Assembly (NCBI GenBank): GCA_963767925.1
Contig: CAVYGB010000002.1
Location: 1,728,001 to 1,792,000, forward strand
Length of the DNA: 64,000 nt
Reading direction: 5' to 3'
Origin: an uncultured delta proteobacterium
GTDB taxonomy: Bacteria > Myxococcota_A > Polyangia > Fen-1088
Part shown: one piece after another, positions 24,894-33,828 of the stretch
Layout of the letters: every line of letters begins with the position of its first letter
How positions within the stretch are numbered: position 1 is the first letter of the stretch
Program-made: the position numbers and the translations under genes
The notes under the pieces: generated by a model
Databases searched by the model: none
Told to the model about the DNA's origin: nothing
The model's input: only the letters and a program-made list of their open reading frames with translations

Positions 24894-24956
24894 GGCCCGG
24901 GCGGCGCGCCGGCGCGGTGGCTGTCACCGTGGCCGGCGCCGTCGCCTTTGCGGGCG

Positions 24957-26057
24957 TCAGGGTTCGTCGTCGCTGGCGGGGGCTTCGCCGCGGGCGGCGG
25001 CGGCCAGGCTGTGGTCGAGGGCGGCCAGCAGGTCGCGGTTGCCGTCCTGCTGGTAGCGGGCGAGGTTGCGCTCGAGGTCGGGCAGGCGTTCGAGGAAGGC
25101 GCCCAGCCGTTCGGCGGTGATCGCCTCGGCGGCCAGGCCGTAGCCTTCCGCTTCCAGGTAGCGGGCGTTGAGGATCTGCTCGACCTGGTGGCGCACCGGC
25201 ACCGACAGCATCGGGCGGTGCAGATAGACCGCCTCGCCCATCAGGGTGAAGCCGCCGCCGGCGATAACGCCCCGGGCGGTGCGCAGGTCGTCGATGAAAC
25301 CCGCCTCGGAGAAGGGGCGATAGCGCAGGTTCCCGTCGACCTCGTCGGCGGTGAGGGTGCGCTTGAGCCCGTAGATGCGGCACTCGCGCCCGGCGCCGCG
25401 CAGGACCTCGGGCAGGGCCGCGTTGCTGGTGGAGGTCTGGTAGACGAGCAGGTGATCGCCGGCCTCGGGCCGGGCGGCCAGGATCTCCGGACGCAAGATG
25501 GGCGGGTGCAAGGTCGTGCGCGGCCGGCGCACGGGCGGCTGGAAGAAGGTCGTGACGTGGTAGTGGAAGGCGCCGGGGACCTTGGCCTTGATGATCGCCT
25601 TTTGCAGCTCGAAGTCGGCGCGGATCCCCTCGAGCCGCTCGGGCGGGTGCTCGCAGCGGTTGATGATCTGCATGTTGTCGACCGAGACGACCGGCAGCCC
25701 GCGCCGGCGGGCGAACAGGTAGCTCCAGGACTCGAAGTCGGAGATCACAACCTCGGGCGAAAAGCGCTCGGCCACCTCGAAGTAGGCCTGCACGTTCCGA
25801 GGCCAGCCGGTGATGGCCCCCTTGACGTTCTCGAGCAGGGTGCGAAACGTCTGCACCTCGTTGTCCTCGTAGACCAGGGTGTAGCCCCAGATCTTCTGGA
25901 CCCGCAGGTGCTCGCTCTCCCGCCGTTGCAGGTAGTCGTGGGCCCGACCGGAGACCACAACCTCCACCTCGTGGTGCTTGGTCAGGTGATCGAGGATGAC
26001 CCGCGACCGCATGGCGTGGCCCATCCCCTCGCCGACGACACCATAGAGGATCCGCAC
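24957..26057 (-). CDS. MJ1255/VC2487-family (GT28-like) glycosyltransferase
   Basis: MRILYGVVGEGMGHAMRS, VISDFE, VIAGGGFTLMGEA, EQILNA. Confidence 0.9.
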   Translation of the reverse strand: MRILYGVVGEGMGHAMRSRVILDHLTKHHEVEVVVSGRAHDYLQRRESEHLRVQKIWGYTLVYEDNEVQTFRTLLENVKGAITGWPRNVQAYFEVAERFSPEVVISDFESWSYLFARRRGLPVVSVDNMQIINRCEHPPERLEGIRADFELQKAIIKAKVPGAFHYHVTTFFQPPVRRPRTTLHPPILRPEILAARPEAGDHLLVYQTSTSNAALPEVLRGAGRECRIYGLKRTLTADEVDGNLRYRPFSEAGFIDDLRTARGVIAGGGFTLMGEAVYLHRPMLSVPVRHQVEQILNARYLEAEGYGLAAEAITAERLGAFLERLPDLERNLARYQQDGNRDLLAALDHSLAAAARGEAPASDDEP

Positions 26058-26094
26058 CCCGACATCTTAGCCGCTCGCCCGGCTCGGGCCACGG

Positions 26095-27720
26095 TCAGCG
26101 CGCGCCAGTGACGGCGGTGTTGCTGGCGGCGCCGAGCAGGGGCTTGCAGCGGTCGATCTTGCTCTGCAGGCGGGTCCGCAGGGTGTTTTTCATCGAGGGG
26201 GGGCGGATGCGGGTGGCGCGCAGCCGCTGCAGCGCCCCCCGGAAGGAGTCGCGCGCCCGCTCCCACTGCCGCTCGCCGGCCTGCAGATCGCCGAGCTCCT
26301 CGAAGGCCCGGAAGTCGTCGGCGTAGACGATCACCGCCATCTCGGCCACCAGCTTGGCGTAGGCCGCGTGCTCCCGCTCGGCCAGGGCGCCGACCACCGC
26401 CTGGACCAGGGGGTAGGGCAGGGCGCTCTTCTTGACCAGCCCCTCGAGCCAGGTCAGCCCCGGGCCGGGGCCCCGCGCGATGACCCCCGCCCCCAGCTCG
26501 GTGGCGCTGGGCAGCGGCTTGCCGGCCAGCCGCTCGAAGCGGAAGCCTTCCCCCTCCTCGCGCTGGGTGTCGAGGAAGGCGATGGCCCGGTCGTTTTGCT
26601 TGAGGCGGGCGTCGAAGAACTGCTGCACGAACAGGATCACCGTGCGGTAGGCGTCCACCCGGCGGGCGGCGCCCGGGTCGGCGCGCAGGCTGGCGCCGGC
26701 GGGGCCGTGCCAGATGAAGGTGTTGTGATCGACGCCCGGCACCTCGACGAGCAGCCGCTCCGAGGCGGTGAAGGTCTTGATCAGGTCGTAGCGCGCCCCC
26801 TCCTTGCGGGCGAAGATCAGGGCCGGCGCCTGCAGCAGGTGGGCGTCGAGGAACAGGACCCAGGGGCCCTCCAGCCCGAGGTCGTCGATGCGCCCGTAGT
26901 CGAAGGTGGAGTCGATGCTCGCCACCGCGTCGACAAGGCGGTTGCTCATGCTGGTGGCGAGGGCGGCGATGGCCCCGAAGCTGTGGCCCAGCAGGCCCAC
27001 CTGCTCGAGGTCGACCTGGGGATCGTCGCGCATCTGGGCGAAGATGAACTCGGCGTCGGCGCGCGAGCGGTCGAGGTCGGGGTCGATGCGCAGCGATTCG
27101 GGCCCCGCGGGCTGGAAGGCGCTGGCCACCACCACGTAGCCGTGGCTGGCCAGGTGTTCGAGCAGGGGGGCCGAGTCGGCGTAGTGGCCGCCCAGGCCCG
27201 GGTGGTAGACCAGCAGGGGGAACCGCCCGGGCAGGGCGGGCGCGCCCCGGCTGGCCAGCGTCTCCTGGGCCAGGTAGCGCCGCACCACCTCGGCGTCCGG
27301 CTCGAGCAGCCACGGCTCGGCCGGCTCGAGGATCTCCTCGGCGATCACCCGCCGCGAGACGGTGGCCAGGCGTTGCAGGAAGCGGGCGTGGGCGGGCGGG
27401 GTGCCAGGGCCCTCCAGGCGCAGGTAATCGCCCTGCACCATGCGGGCGGCCCCGCTCTTCTGCGCCGGGTACCAGACGGCGAACAGGATCGGCCGGGGGC
27501 CCGGCTGGGCGAAGGCGTCGGCGTACAGGCGGCCTCCGTCGGCGCGCACGGAGACGCGCCAGCCGACCGGGTGGCGCCCGGGATCCAGCAGCGGCGGGCG
27601 GGCGGCCTGGGCCCGGGCGCCCACAGGGGCGTGCGCGAAGGTCAGGACGAAGAGCGCCGCCAGGACCACGGCCCGCCCGACGAGTTGCTTGGCGGTCCTT
27701 CCCAGCGCGCCCCCGGTCAT
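26095..27720 (-). CDS. Secreted alpha/beta hydrolase with C-terminal TPR-like helices
   Basis: Signal peptide; VWYPA; PLLVYHPG; LASHGYVV; nucleophile elbow GHSFG; DHNTF. ATG overlaps the radical SAM stop. Confidence 0.85.
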   Translation of the reverse strand: MTGGALGRTAKQLVGRAVVLAALFVLTFAHAPVGARAQAARPPLLDPGRHPVGWRVSVRADGGRLYADAFAQPGPRPILFAVWYPAQKSGAARMVQGDYLRLEGPGTPPAHARFLQRLATVSRRVIAEEILEPAEPWLLEPDAEVVRRYLAQETLASRGAPALPGRFPLLVYHPGLGGHYADSAPLLEHLASHGYVVVASAFQPAGPESLRIDPDLDRSRADAEFIFAQMRDDPQVDLEQVGLLGHSFGAIAALATSMSNRLVDAVASIDSTFDYGRIDDLGLEGPWVLFLDAHLLQAPALIFARKEGARYDLIKTFTASERLLVEVPGVDHNTFIWHGPAGASLRADPGAARRVDAYRTVILFVQQFFDARLKQNDRAIAFLDTQREEGEGFRFERLAGKPLPSATELGAGVIARGPGPGLTWLEGLVKKSALPYPLVQAVVGALAEREHAAYAKLVAEMAVIVYADDFRAFEELGDLQAGERQWERARDSFRGALQRLRATRIRPPSMKNTLRTRLQSKIDRCKPLLGAASNTAVTGAR

Positions 27721-29162
27721 GGTGACCGGGAGTTATACCCCGACTGTAGCGCCTGCAGCGCCCGCAGCACCGGCTCGGCCCGCATCCCGGCCCGGGCCAT
27801 CAGGGCCTTGACCCGATGTTTGGCGGCAGCCAGCGCCGACCAGGGGCCCCGCCGCCGCTCGAGCTGGAACGATCGCACCTCGTTGACCACCCGGCTGACC
27901 GCCAGCTCGTAGTAGAGCGACGAGTGCGGGCGCCGGCGCTGGATGTCGCGGTCGGTGGTGCGCTTCCAGGGGCGCAGCTCGACGATGTCCTTCTTCACCT
28001 CGTCGTGAAAGGGGGTGCCCTTGATCGGGTAGGCCACCGTGATGGTGAACTGGTCGGGGTCGGCGCGCTTGAGGTGCTCGATTGTCGCCTCGATGTCGGC
28101 CTCGGTCTCGCCCGGGTAGCCGATCATGATGAAGGTGCCGGTCTCGATGCCGTGGGCCTTGCTGAGCTGGATCATGTCGCGCACCTGCTCGACGGTCACC
28201 CGGCGATCCATGGCGTCGAGCACCTTCTGCGAGCCGCTCTCGGCTCCGATCCAGACCCGGAAGCAGCCCGAGCGCTTGAGCAGGCCGACGACCTTCTCGT
28301 TGAGGCGGTCGGCGCGGGTGATGCACTCGTAGGGCACGTGGATCTTCCGCCGCTCGAGCTCGAGGGTCAGCTCCTCGAGCCAGCGGTGGGCGATGGTGAA
28401 CACGTCGTCGACGAACCAGAGGGTGTCGGGGTTGTAGCGGGCCACGATGCCCGCGATCTCCTCGGCCACCAGGCGGGGGGAGCGGCGCCGGTAGCTCTCC
28501 CCGTACACTGCCCGGCTGCACCAGCGGCAGGTGTAGGGACAGCCGCGCATGGTGCTGACCGAGACGGCGTTTTTTCCGTGGCGCTCGCGCCAGGCCCGCA
28601 GGTAGGGGGCAAGGTCGATGGCGTCCCGCTTGGGCATCGGCAGCTCGTCGAGCTGGCGCAGGAGGGTGCGGGGGGCGGTGCGGACGGCGGCGCCGGCCCC
28701 GTCGCGAAACACGATGCCGTCGACCCTGGTCCAGCTGTCGGCGGGGCCGCTCGACCAGGCCTGTACCAGGGCGTGCAACGTCTCTTCGCCCTCGCCCACG
28801 ACGATGACGTCGGCCCCGTGCGCGAGGAACTGCTCGGCGTGGTGGGTGACCTCCGGCCCCCCCAGCACGACGCGGGTGTGGGCCAGGGCGGGCTGCGAGC
28901 GGATGAAGGCCACGATCTCCAGGACCGTCAGCTTCGTCATCAAGTTGGTGTAGAGCCCGACGACGTCGGGAACGTTGCCGAGCAGGTGGCGCTGCAGGGC
29001 GGCCCGGTCGGAGAAGGTCGTGTCGAACACGGTGACCGGCACGGCCCGCGCCTCGAGGTAGGCGGCGAGGTACAGGATGCCGAGGGGCGGGTAGGGCCGC
29101 ATCAAACGCAGCTCCTTGACGTCCTCGGCCAGAAAATAGCCGTGGGTGAGGAGGACCTTCAT
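27717..29162 (-). CDS. Cobalamin-binding radical SAM protein
   Basis: PYPPLGILYLAAYL, VLGGP, VGEGEE; RGCPYTCRWC; FVDDVF; IGAESGSQ; GYPGETE. Confidence 0.93.
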   Translation of the reverse strand: MKVLLTHGYFLAEDVKELRLMRPYPPLGILYLAAYLEARAVPVTVFDTTFSDRAALQRHLLGNVPDVVGLYTNLMTKLTVLEIVAFIRSQPALAHTRVVLGGPEVTHHAEQFLAHGADVIVVGEGEETLHALVQAWSSGPADSWTRVDGIVFRDGAGAAVRTAPRTLLRQLDELPMPKRDAIDLAPYLRAWRERHGKNAVSVSTMRGCPYTCRWCSRAVYGESYRRRSPRLVAEEIAGIVARYNPDTLWFVDDVFTIAHRWLEELTLELERRKIHVPYECITRADRLNEKVVGLLKRSGCFRVWIGAESGSQKVLDAMDRRVTVEQVRDMIQLSKAHGIETGTFIMIGYPGETEADIEATIEHLKRADPDQFTITVAYPIKGTPFHDEVKKDIVELRPWKRTTDRDIQRRRPHSSLYYELAVSRVVNEVRSFQLERRRGPWSALAAAKHRVKALMARAGMRAEPVLRALQALQSGYNSRSP

Positions 29163-29255
29163 CTTGCGGCGGGCAGCCTCTGCCGGCGGCCTTCACTGTG
29201 GCACGGGCCGCACACGTCCGCCAAGCCGCACCACCGCGCCCGCCCGACAACGCGG

Positions 29256-29279
29256 GGAACAATCGCCCGTCCTGCCGTT
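29256..29279 (+). promoter_or_regulatory. Putative ECF-type promoter upstream of the sigma gene
   Basis: GGAAC (29256-29260), 15 nt, CGTT (29276-29279), about 50 bp before ATG 29331. Confidence 0.4.
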
Positions 29280-29330
29280 TTAGGGGGAAAGCGGCAGCCA
29301 ACGCTGTCTGCCGTCCGGCGTGTGCAAGTC

Positions 29331-29999
29331 ATGGCCAACCTCATCGATACTGCCGTGTTGCGGCCGTTTCCCGACGGCCGCCTGAACCACCCACAACGGG
29401 CGGCGGAGGTCGATCCTCGGGCGCCTGCGGGGGCGCTCCCGGACGCGGGCTTCGTGGAGCAAGTGACCCAGCAGACCGAGTTGCTGCAGAAGAACGCCTT
29501 GCGCTTGACGCGCCACCGCGCCGACGCGGCTGACCTGGTGCAGGACACCGTCGAGAAGGCCCTGCGCAACTGGCGGCGCTTCACCCAGGGCAGCCGCATG
29601 CGCGCCTGGCTGCTGACGATCATGACCAACCTGTTCGTGGACCGCTGCCGCCGCAGGACCCGGGAGGGGGAGCTGCGCGCGGGGCAAGGCGGGCAAGGCG
29701 GGCAAGACGGGCAAGCGGGAATCGACCCGCCCGCCCCGGAGCCCGAGGAGCTGCCGGCCTGGGCGCGGCTGTCCGACGAGCAGGTGCGGCGGGCGCTGGC
29801 CGCGCTCGATCCGTCGATGCGCGAGGTCTACCAGCTCCGGGCGGTCCAGCAGCTCTCGTACCGGTCGATGTCGGCGCGGCTGGGCATCCCGGTGGCGACG
29901 GTGGGCACCCGGCTCAACCGGGCCCGGCTCAAGCTGCGCGGCCTGCTCGAGGCCGAGGTGGGCGGGCCCGGGGCGCAGCCAGAAACGGAGCAGCCATGA
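29331..29999 (+). CDS. ECF-family RNA polymerase sigma factor
   Basis: Region 2 ALRLTRHRADAADLVQDT...AWLLTIMTNLFVD; region 4 LSYRSMSARLGIPVATVGTRLNRARLKLR. Start set at ATG 29331. Confidence 0.92.
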   Translation: MANLIDTAVLRPFPDGRLNHPQRAAEVDPRAPAGALPDAGFVEQVTQQTELLQKNALRLTRHRADAADLVQDTVEKALRNWRRFTQGSRMRAWLLTIMTNLFVDRCRRRTREGELRAGQGGQGGQDGQAGIDPPAPEPEELPAWARLSDEQVRRALAALDPSMREVYQLRAVQQLSYRSMSARLGIPVATVGTRLNRARLKLRGLLEAEVGGPGAQPETEQP

Positions 30000-30991
30000 G
30001 CGGAGCCGCCATGGCCGCCGCCTGCGAGGACCTAGCCCTGTTTCTCGACGGGGAGCTGCCCGGCCCGGCGGCTCGGCGGTTCTCCGAGCACCTGGGGCAG
30101 TGCGCGCGCTGTCCCGGGGCGCTGAGGGCGCTGCTGCTGCTCGACGACCTGGTGGCCGAGGAAGCGCTGGCCCCCGGGTCGGTCCTCCACCCACCCCGGT
30201 TGCAGGTGGTCCGCGACGAGGCGCCGGTGCCGGTGCCGTCGCCGGTGCTGTCGCCGGTGCTGTCGCCGGTGCTGTCGCCGGTGCTGTCGCCGGTGCTGTC
30301 GCCGGTGCTGTCGCCGGTGCTGTCGCCGGTGCTGTCGCCGGTGCTGTCGCCGGCGCTGACGTCGCCGGCGCGGCGGCGCCGGAGGCTCGGCGGGGTCCTG
30401 GCGCCGGCGTTCGCGGCGTTGGGGTTGGCGGCGGCGGGGGCGGCCGGGCTGTTCGTGTCCGGGCCGGGCGGCGACGGGGAGGCGGAAGTGCGGCTGGCGG
30501 CGCTTGCCGGGGCGCCCCAGCGGGGGCAGCTCGCTCGCTTCTCACTGGCGGCGGCGGATCGCCACCGCCCGTTCAACCCGCTGCGCGCGGGGCGCGGCGC
30601 GGATCCGGCGCCGGCGCCGGCCCCGGTGTCGGCGCTGGCCGCGGTCGAGCAGCTCGGCGACGCGCGGGCCCTGGCGGCGGCGTATTTTCTGCTTGGGCTG
30701 CCGGCGCAGGCGGCGGCCCACCTGCCCCCCGGGGGAGAGTCGGCCGATCTGCTGAGCGACCACGCGGCGATCGCGCTCGAACAGGGCCAGGTGGAGCAAG
30801 CGGGCCTGTTGCTGGATCGAGCCTTGCGGCTGGCGCCCGGCCACCGCCAGGCGCGCTGGAACCGGGCGCTGGTGTGGCGAGCCCGGGGCGATCGGGCCGG
30901 CGCCGCCCGCGCCTTCCAGGAGCTGGCCCGCGACGAGGAGCCAGGCTGGGCCGCGGAGGCCCGCGCCCAGGCCCGGGATCTGCTGCCATGA
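29996..30991 (+). CDS. Putative anti-sigma factor: zf-HC2-like N-terminus, hydrophobic segment, TPR-like C-terminus
   Basis: ATGA overlap with the sigma gene; CEDLALFLDGEL...HLGQCARC (HxxxCxxC); TPR-like LDRALRLAPGHRQARWNRALV. Confidence 0.85.
   Translation: MSGAAMAAACEDLALFLDGELPGPAARRFSEHLGQCARCPGALRALLLLDDLVAEEALAPGSVLHPPRLQVVRDEAPVPVPSPVLSPVLSPVLSPVLSPVLSPVLSPVLSPVLSPVLSPALTSPARRRRRLGGVLAPAFAALGLAAAGAAGLFVSGPGGDGEAEVRLAALAGAPQRGQLARFSLAAADRHRPFNPLRAGRGADPAPAPAPVSALAAVEQLGDARALAAAYFLLGLPAQAAAHLPPGGESADLLSDHAAIALEQGQVEQAGLLLDRALRLAPGHRQARWNRALVWRARGDRAGAARAFQELARDEEPGWAAEARAQARDLLP
30239..30358 (+). repeat. In-frame 12-bp tandem repeat (TCGCCGGTGCTG) encoding SPVL
   Basis: Nine perfect copies (30239-30346) plus one with a single mismatch. 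Confidence 0.97.
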
Positions 30992-31117
30992 GCGCAAGGT
31001 GGGCGGGCGGACGGGTACTGCCGGCTCGAGGTGTGCTGCGGGCCCCCCTCGAGGGGGAGGCGCTGTGCGGGCGCCTGGTGGAACGGCCTTGTGGTTACGC
31101 CGTGAGCGGGGGGTGAG

Positions 31118-32034
31118 GTGAGGCGGCGGGCGGCGGGCGTTGTGGCGGGCGCGGTGGTGGTGGCCGTCGCGGTGGGGCTCGTGGTGCTGGTGGGGGGCGT
31201 TTACTGGCGAGGACAGCCTGGGCGGGAGCGGCGGTCGCTGTTCGAGCCGTTGACGGCGGTCCGGGCGCGGCCGCTCGCCGCCCGGTTCACCGTGGGCGCC
31301 GCCGATCGGTATCGGCCGTTCGAGGTCAGCGTGGCGCGATCCGTGCCTTTGTCGGCGCGGGCGCTGGCCCGGCTGGAGGTGCGCGGGGATCGGCAGGCGG
31401 TGGCGGCGGCGTTTGCGCTGGCGGGTGAGGGGGAGGAGGCGCTCCGCCGGCTGCGGGCGTTGCCGCCGGGGCCCGAGGTGGAGAGCGACAGGGGCGCGCT
31501 GATGCTGGCCGGGGAGGGCGGGGCGGCGGAGGCGCTCGACCACCTCGACCGGGCGCTGGCCGCCCGGCCGCAGCTCCCGCAAGCGCTCTTCAACCGCGGG
31601 CTGGCCCTGCGCGCGCTGGGCCTGCCCCTCGGCGCCGCCCGCAGCTTCCGGGCGGTGGCCGCGCTCGGCGAGGCCGGATGGGCCGAGGAGGCCCGCCGCG
31701 CCGCCGTCGCAGCGACCACGGAGATGGAGGCCCTGGCCCTTCGCTGGCAGAAGGTGCAGGCCGCGCGCGCCGAGGACAGGCGCGACAGCGCACTCCTTCT
31801 GGCGCTACCGAATGCCAGCTCTCGAGTCGGAACTCCGGAGCCGGGCGGCACAGCGGCAGCAGCCGGAAGGGCCGCGGGACCGGGGGCCAGCGATCGGAAC
31901 GACACGTGGGCCAGAGTCAGCCGCGGACGCGACGAGACGGGGGCTCGGAACGACTCCGGGGGCGGCGGGAACGGGAGCGGCCGGGAGCGCGGGGCGGCCG
32001 GGCGGGGTCGAGGAGGTGGGGGGGCGGCGGGGGG
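31118..32034 (+). pseudogene. N-terminal TM + TPR-like part of a CHAT protein, out of frame with the CHAT-containing part
   Basis: Protein-like until about 31790 (paralogous to the anti-sigma C-terminus). The frame then continues to 33316 as Gly/Arg/Pro-rich shadow sequence, while the protein-like reading is in the +1 frame from about 32030. Confidence 0.6.
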
Positions 32035-33806
32035 AGAGGTGGGTTCGGTTGGTGGGGGTGGCGGAGGCGGCGCGGGGGGCGGCGGAGGGCAACCGGGTGG
32101 AGGAGGCGACCCGGGGTTTCGACGAGGGCCTGGCGATCTGCGCGCGAGCGGGGGCGGGGGGGGCGGCGGAGGTTGGTTACCGTTGCCTGCTGCTGGCGCT
32201 GCAGCGGATGGACTTTCATGGGCTGCGCCACGAGCTGCAGCCGGCCATCGCGGCGTCGGAGGAGGCGCGGCGGCAGGCATGGGTGGGCGGGTTGCTGCCG
32301 GAGTACGCGCACGCCGTCTCCCGGCGGGCCATCCTCGAGTCGTTCCGGGACGCCCACGGCGCTTCGCGGGCCCACGCCGAGGAGGTGGTGCTGCTGGGCG
32401 AGCCCTGCTCGATTGTGCAGGAGGCGCGCGAGTTCCTGGCCGAGACGGCCATCGAGCGGCACGACTTCCCGGAGGCGCGCCGGCTGCTGACCGCGGTCGA
32501 GCGCTGCCCGGATCGCCCGGGCCGCTTCGGGCTGGTGGGCCTGGGCGCGCTGGCCGAGCTGGCCCGCGATCCGCGCGATCCCCAGGGCGAGCAGCTCCTG
32601 GCCTGGCTCGACGGATCGACGGAAGCGCTCGCGCGCGCCGGGCGGCTCGGCAGCGGCGCGCTGGGCAGCATGTTGCGGGGAGCTTCCCGGGTGGAGCGCG
32701 ATCCCCCGCGGGCCCGCGCCCTGTTCCGGCAGGCCTTGCAGCAGGTGGCCTCCGCCCCGGCGGGCAGCCCCCGCGACGAGAAGGCCCGCCTGCACGCCCA
32801 TCTCGGGCTGATCGCCGAGGCGGCTGCTCGTGGCGCCCACGACGAGGCGCTGGCCAATCTGCTCGCGCTCGAGGGCGTGCCGGCGCCGGCGGGCTGCCTG
32901 GTGGGGGTGGTGCAGGACTTCGTGCGCACGCTCTTCCTGGTGCGGGGCCCCGACGGCCACCTGCGCGGCCGGTTCGAGCGGTCGGCCGGCCCACGGTCCG
33001 CTCCGGGCGAGCCCCCGCCGCTCCGTCTGCCCGCCGCGATGCTGCCCGCCTTGCGCGGCTGCGGCCCGATCGCGGTGGTGGCCACTGCGCCGGTGTTCGG
33101 CGCCGCCAATCTGCTGCCGCCGGAGCTGCCCTGGGCCTACCTCGGCGCCGTCGCGGACCCTGCGCCGCCGCCGCCGACAGCCCGGCGCCGCGCAGGCGCC
33201 CCCGGCGAGGTGGCGCCGGCTCCGCGACGGCGGCTGGTCGTGTCGGCCCCGGATCAGCCGGTGGGGCTGCAGCTCCCGCTGCTGCGGCGGTCCTGGCCAG
33301 TGGCTGCGGCCGGTGAGGACCTGGTCGAGCTGCACGGGGCGCGGGCCACCCCGGCGGCCGTGCTGGCGGGGATGGCCGCCGCCGACGCCATCGAGCTGCA
33401 CGTGCACGGTGTGGTCGACCCCCGGGTCAGCGACGCGGCCGCCCTGGTCCTCTCACAACCGCCGGGCGACGGGGCGGCCTCGCCTTTCCTCACCGCCGAC
33501 GCTATCCAGCGGGTGCGGTTGGCGCGGCGGCCGCTGGTGTTGCTGGGCGCCTGCCAGGCAGCCCGCAGCGCCCGCTACGGACCCCTGCGCTGGAACCTGC
33601 CGGCGGCCTTCTTGCGGGCGGGCGCCGCGCTGGTTGTGGCCTCGCCCTCGCCGGTGGCCGACGCCGACGCGGGGGCCTTCTTCGACCGCCTGCGCGCGCG
33701 CATCGCCCGCGGAGAGTCCCCGGCGCTGGCTCTGCGCGATGAGCGGATGCGGGCCCTCGCCCGCGAGCCCGACCACTGGAGCCGCGACCTCGTCCTGTTC
33801 GCCTGA
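31812..33806 (+). CDS. CHAT-domain (caspase-like) protease, C-terminal part
   Basis: GARATPAAVL, IELHVHG (catalytic His), FLTADAI, LVLLGACQAA (catalytic Cys), LPAAFLRAGA, ALALRDER. Confidence 0.85.
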   Translation: MPALESELRSRAAQRQQPEGPRDRGPAIGTTRGPESAADATRRGLGTTPGAAGTGAAGSAGRPGGVEEVGGRRGERWVRLVGVAEAARGAAEGNRVEEATRGFDEGLAICARAGAGGAAEVGYRCLLLALQRMDFHGLRHELQPAIAASEEARRQAWVGGLLPEYAHAVSRRAILESFRDAHGASRAHAEEVVLLGEPCSIVQEAREFLAETAIERHDFPEARRLLTAVERCPDRPGRFGLVGLGALAELARDPRDPQGEQLLAWLDGSTEALARAGRLGSGALGSMLRGASRVERDPPRARALFRQALQQVASAPAGSPRDEKARLHAHLGLIAEAAARGAHDEALANLLALEGVPAPAGCLVGVVQDFVRTLFLVRGPDGHLRGRFERSAGPRSAPGEPPPLRLPAAMLPALRGCGPIAVVATAPVFGAANLLPPELPWAYLGAVADPAPPPPTARRRAGAPGEVAPAPRRRLVVSAPDQPVGLQLPLLRRSWPVAAAGEDLVELHGARATPAAVLAGMAAADAIELHVHGVVDPRVSDAAALVLSQPPGDGAASPFLTADAIQRVRLARRPLVLLGACQAARSARYGPLRWNLPAAFLRAGAALVVASPSPVADADAGAFFDRLRARIARGESPALALRDERMRALAREPDHWSRDLVLFA

Positions 33807-33828
33807 CCGCAAACCAAGGAGACACGTC

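Noticed and set aside
30239..30358. CRISPR-like repeat
   Set aside because: Head-to-tail 12-mers without spacers, in frame within a CDS.
29331..33806. Type III-E CRISPR (Craspase) locus
   Set aside because: No Cas7-11 gene or array in the window; only the sigma-plus-CHAT logic is analogous.
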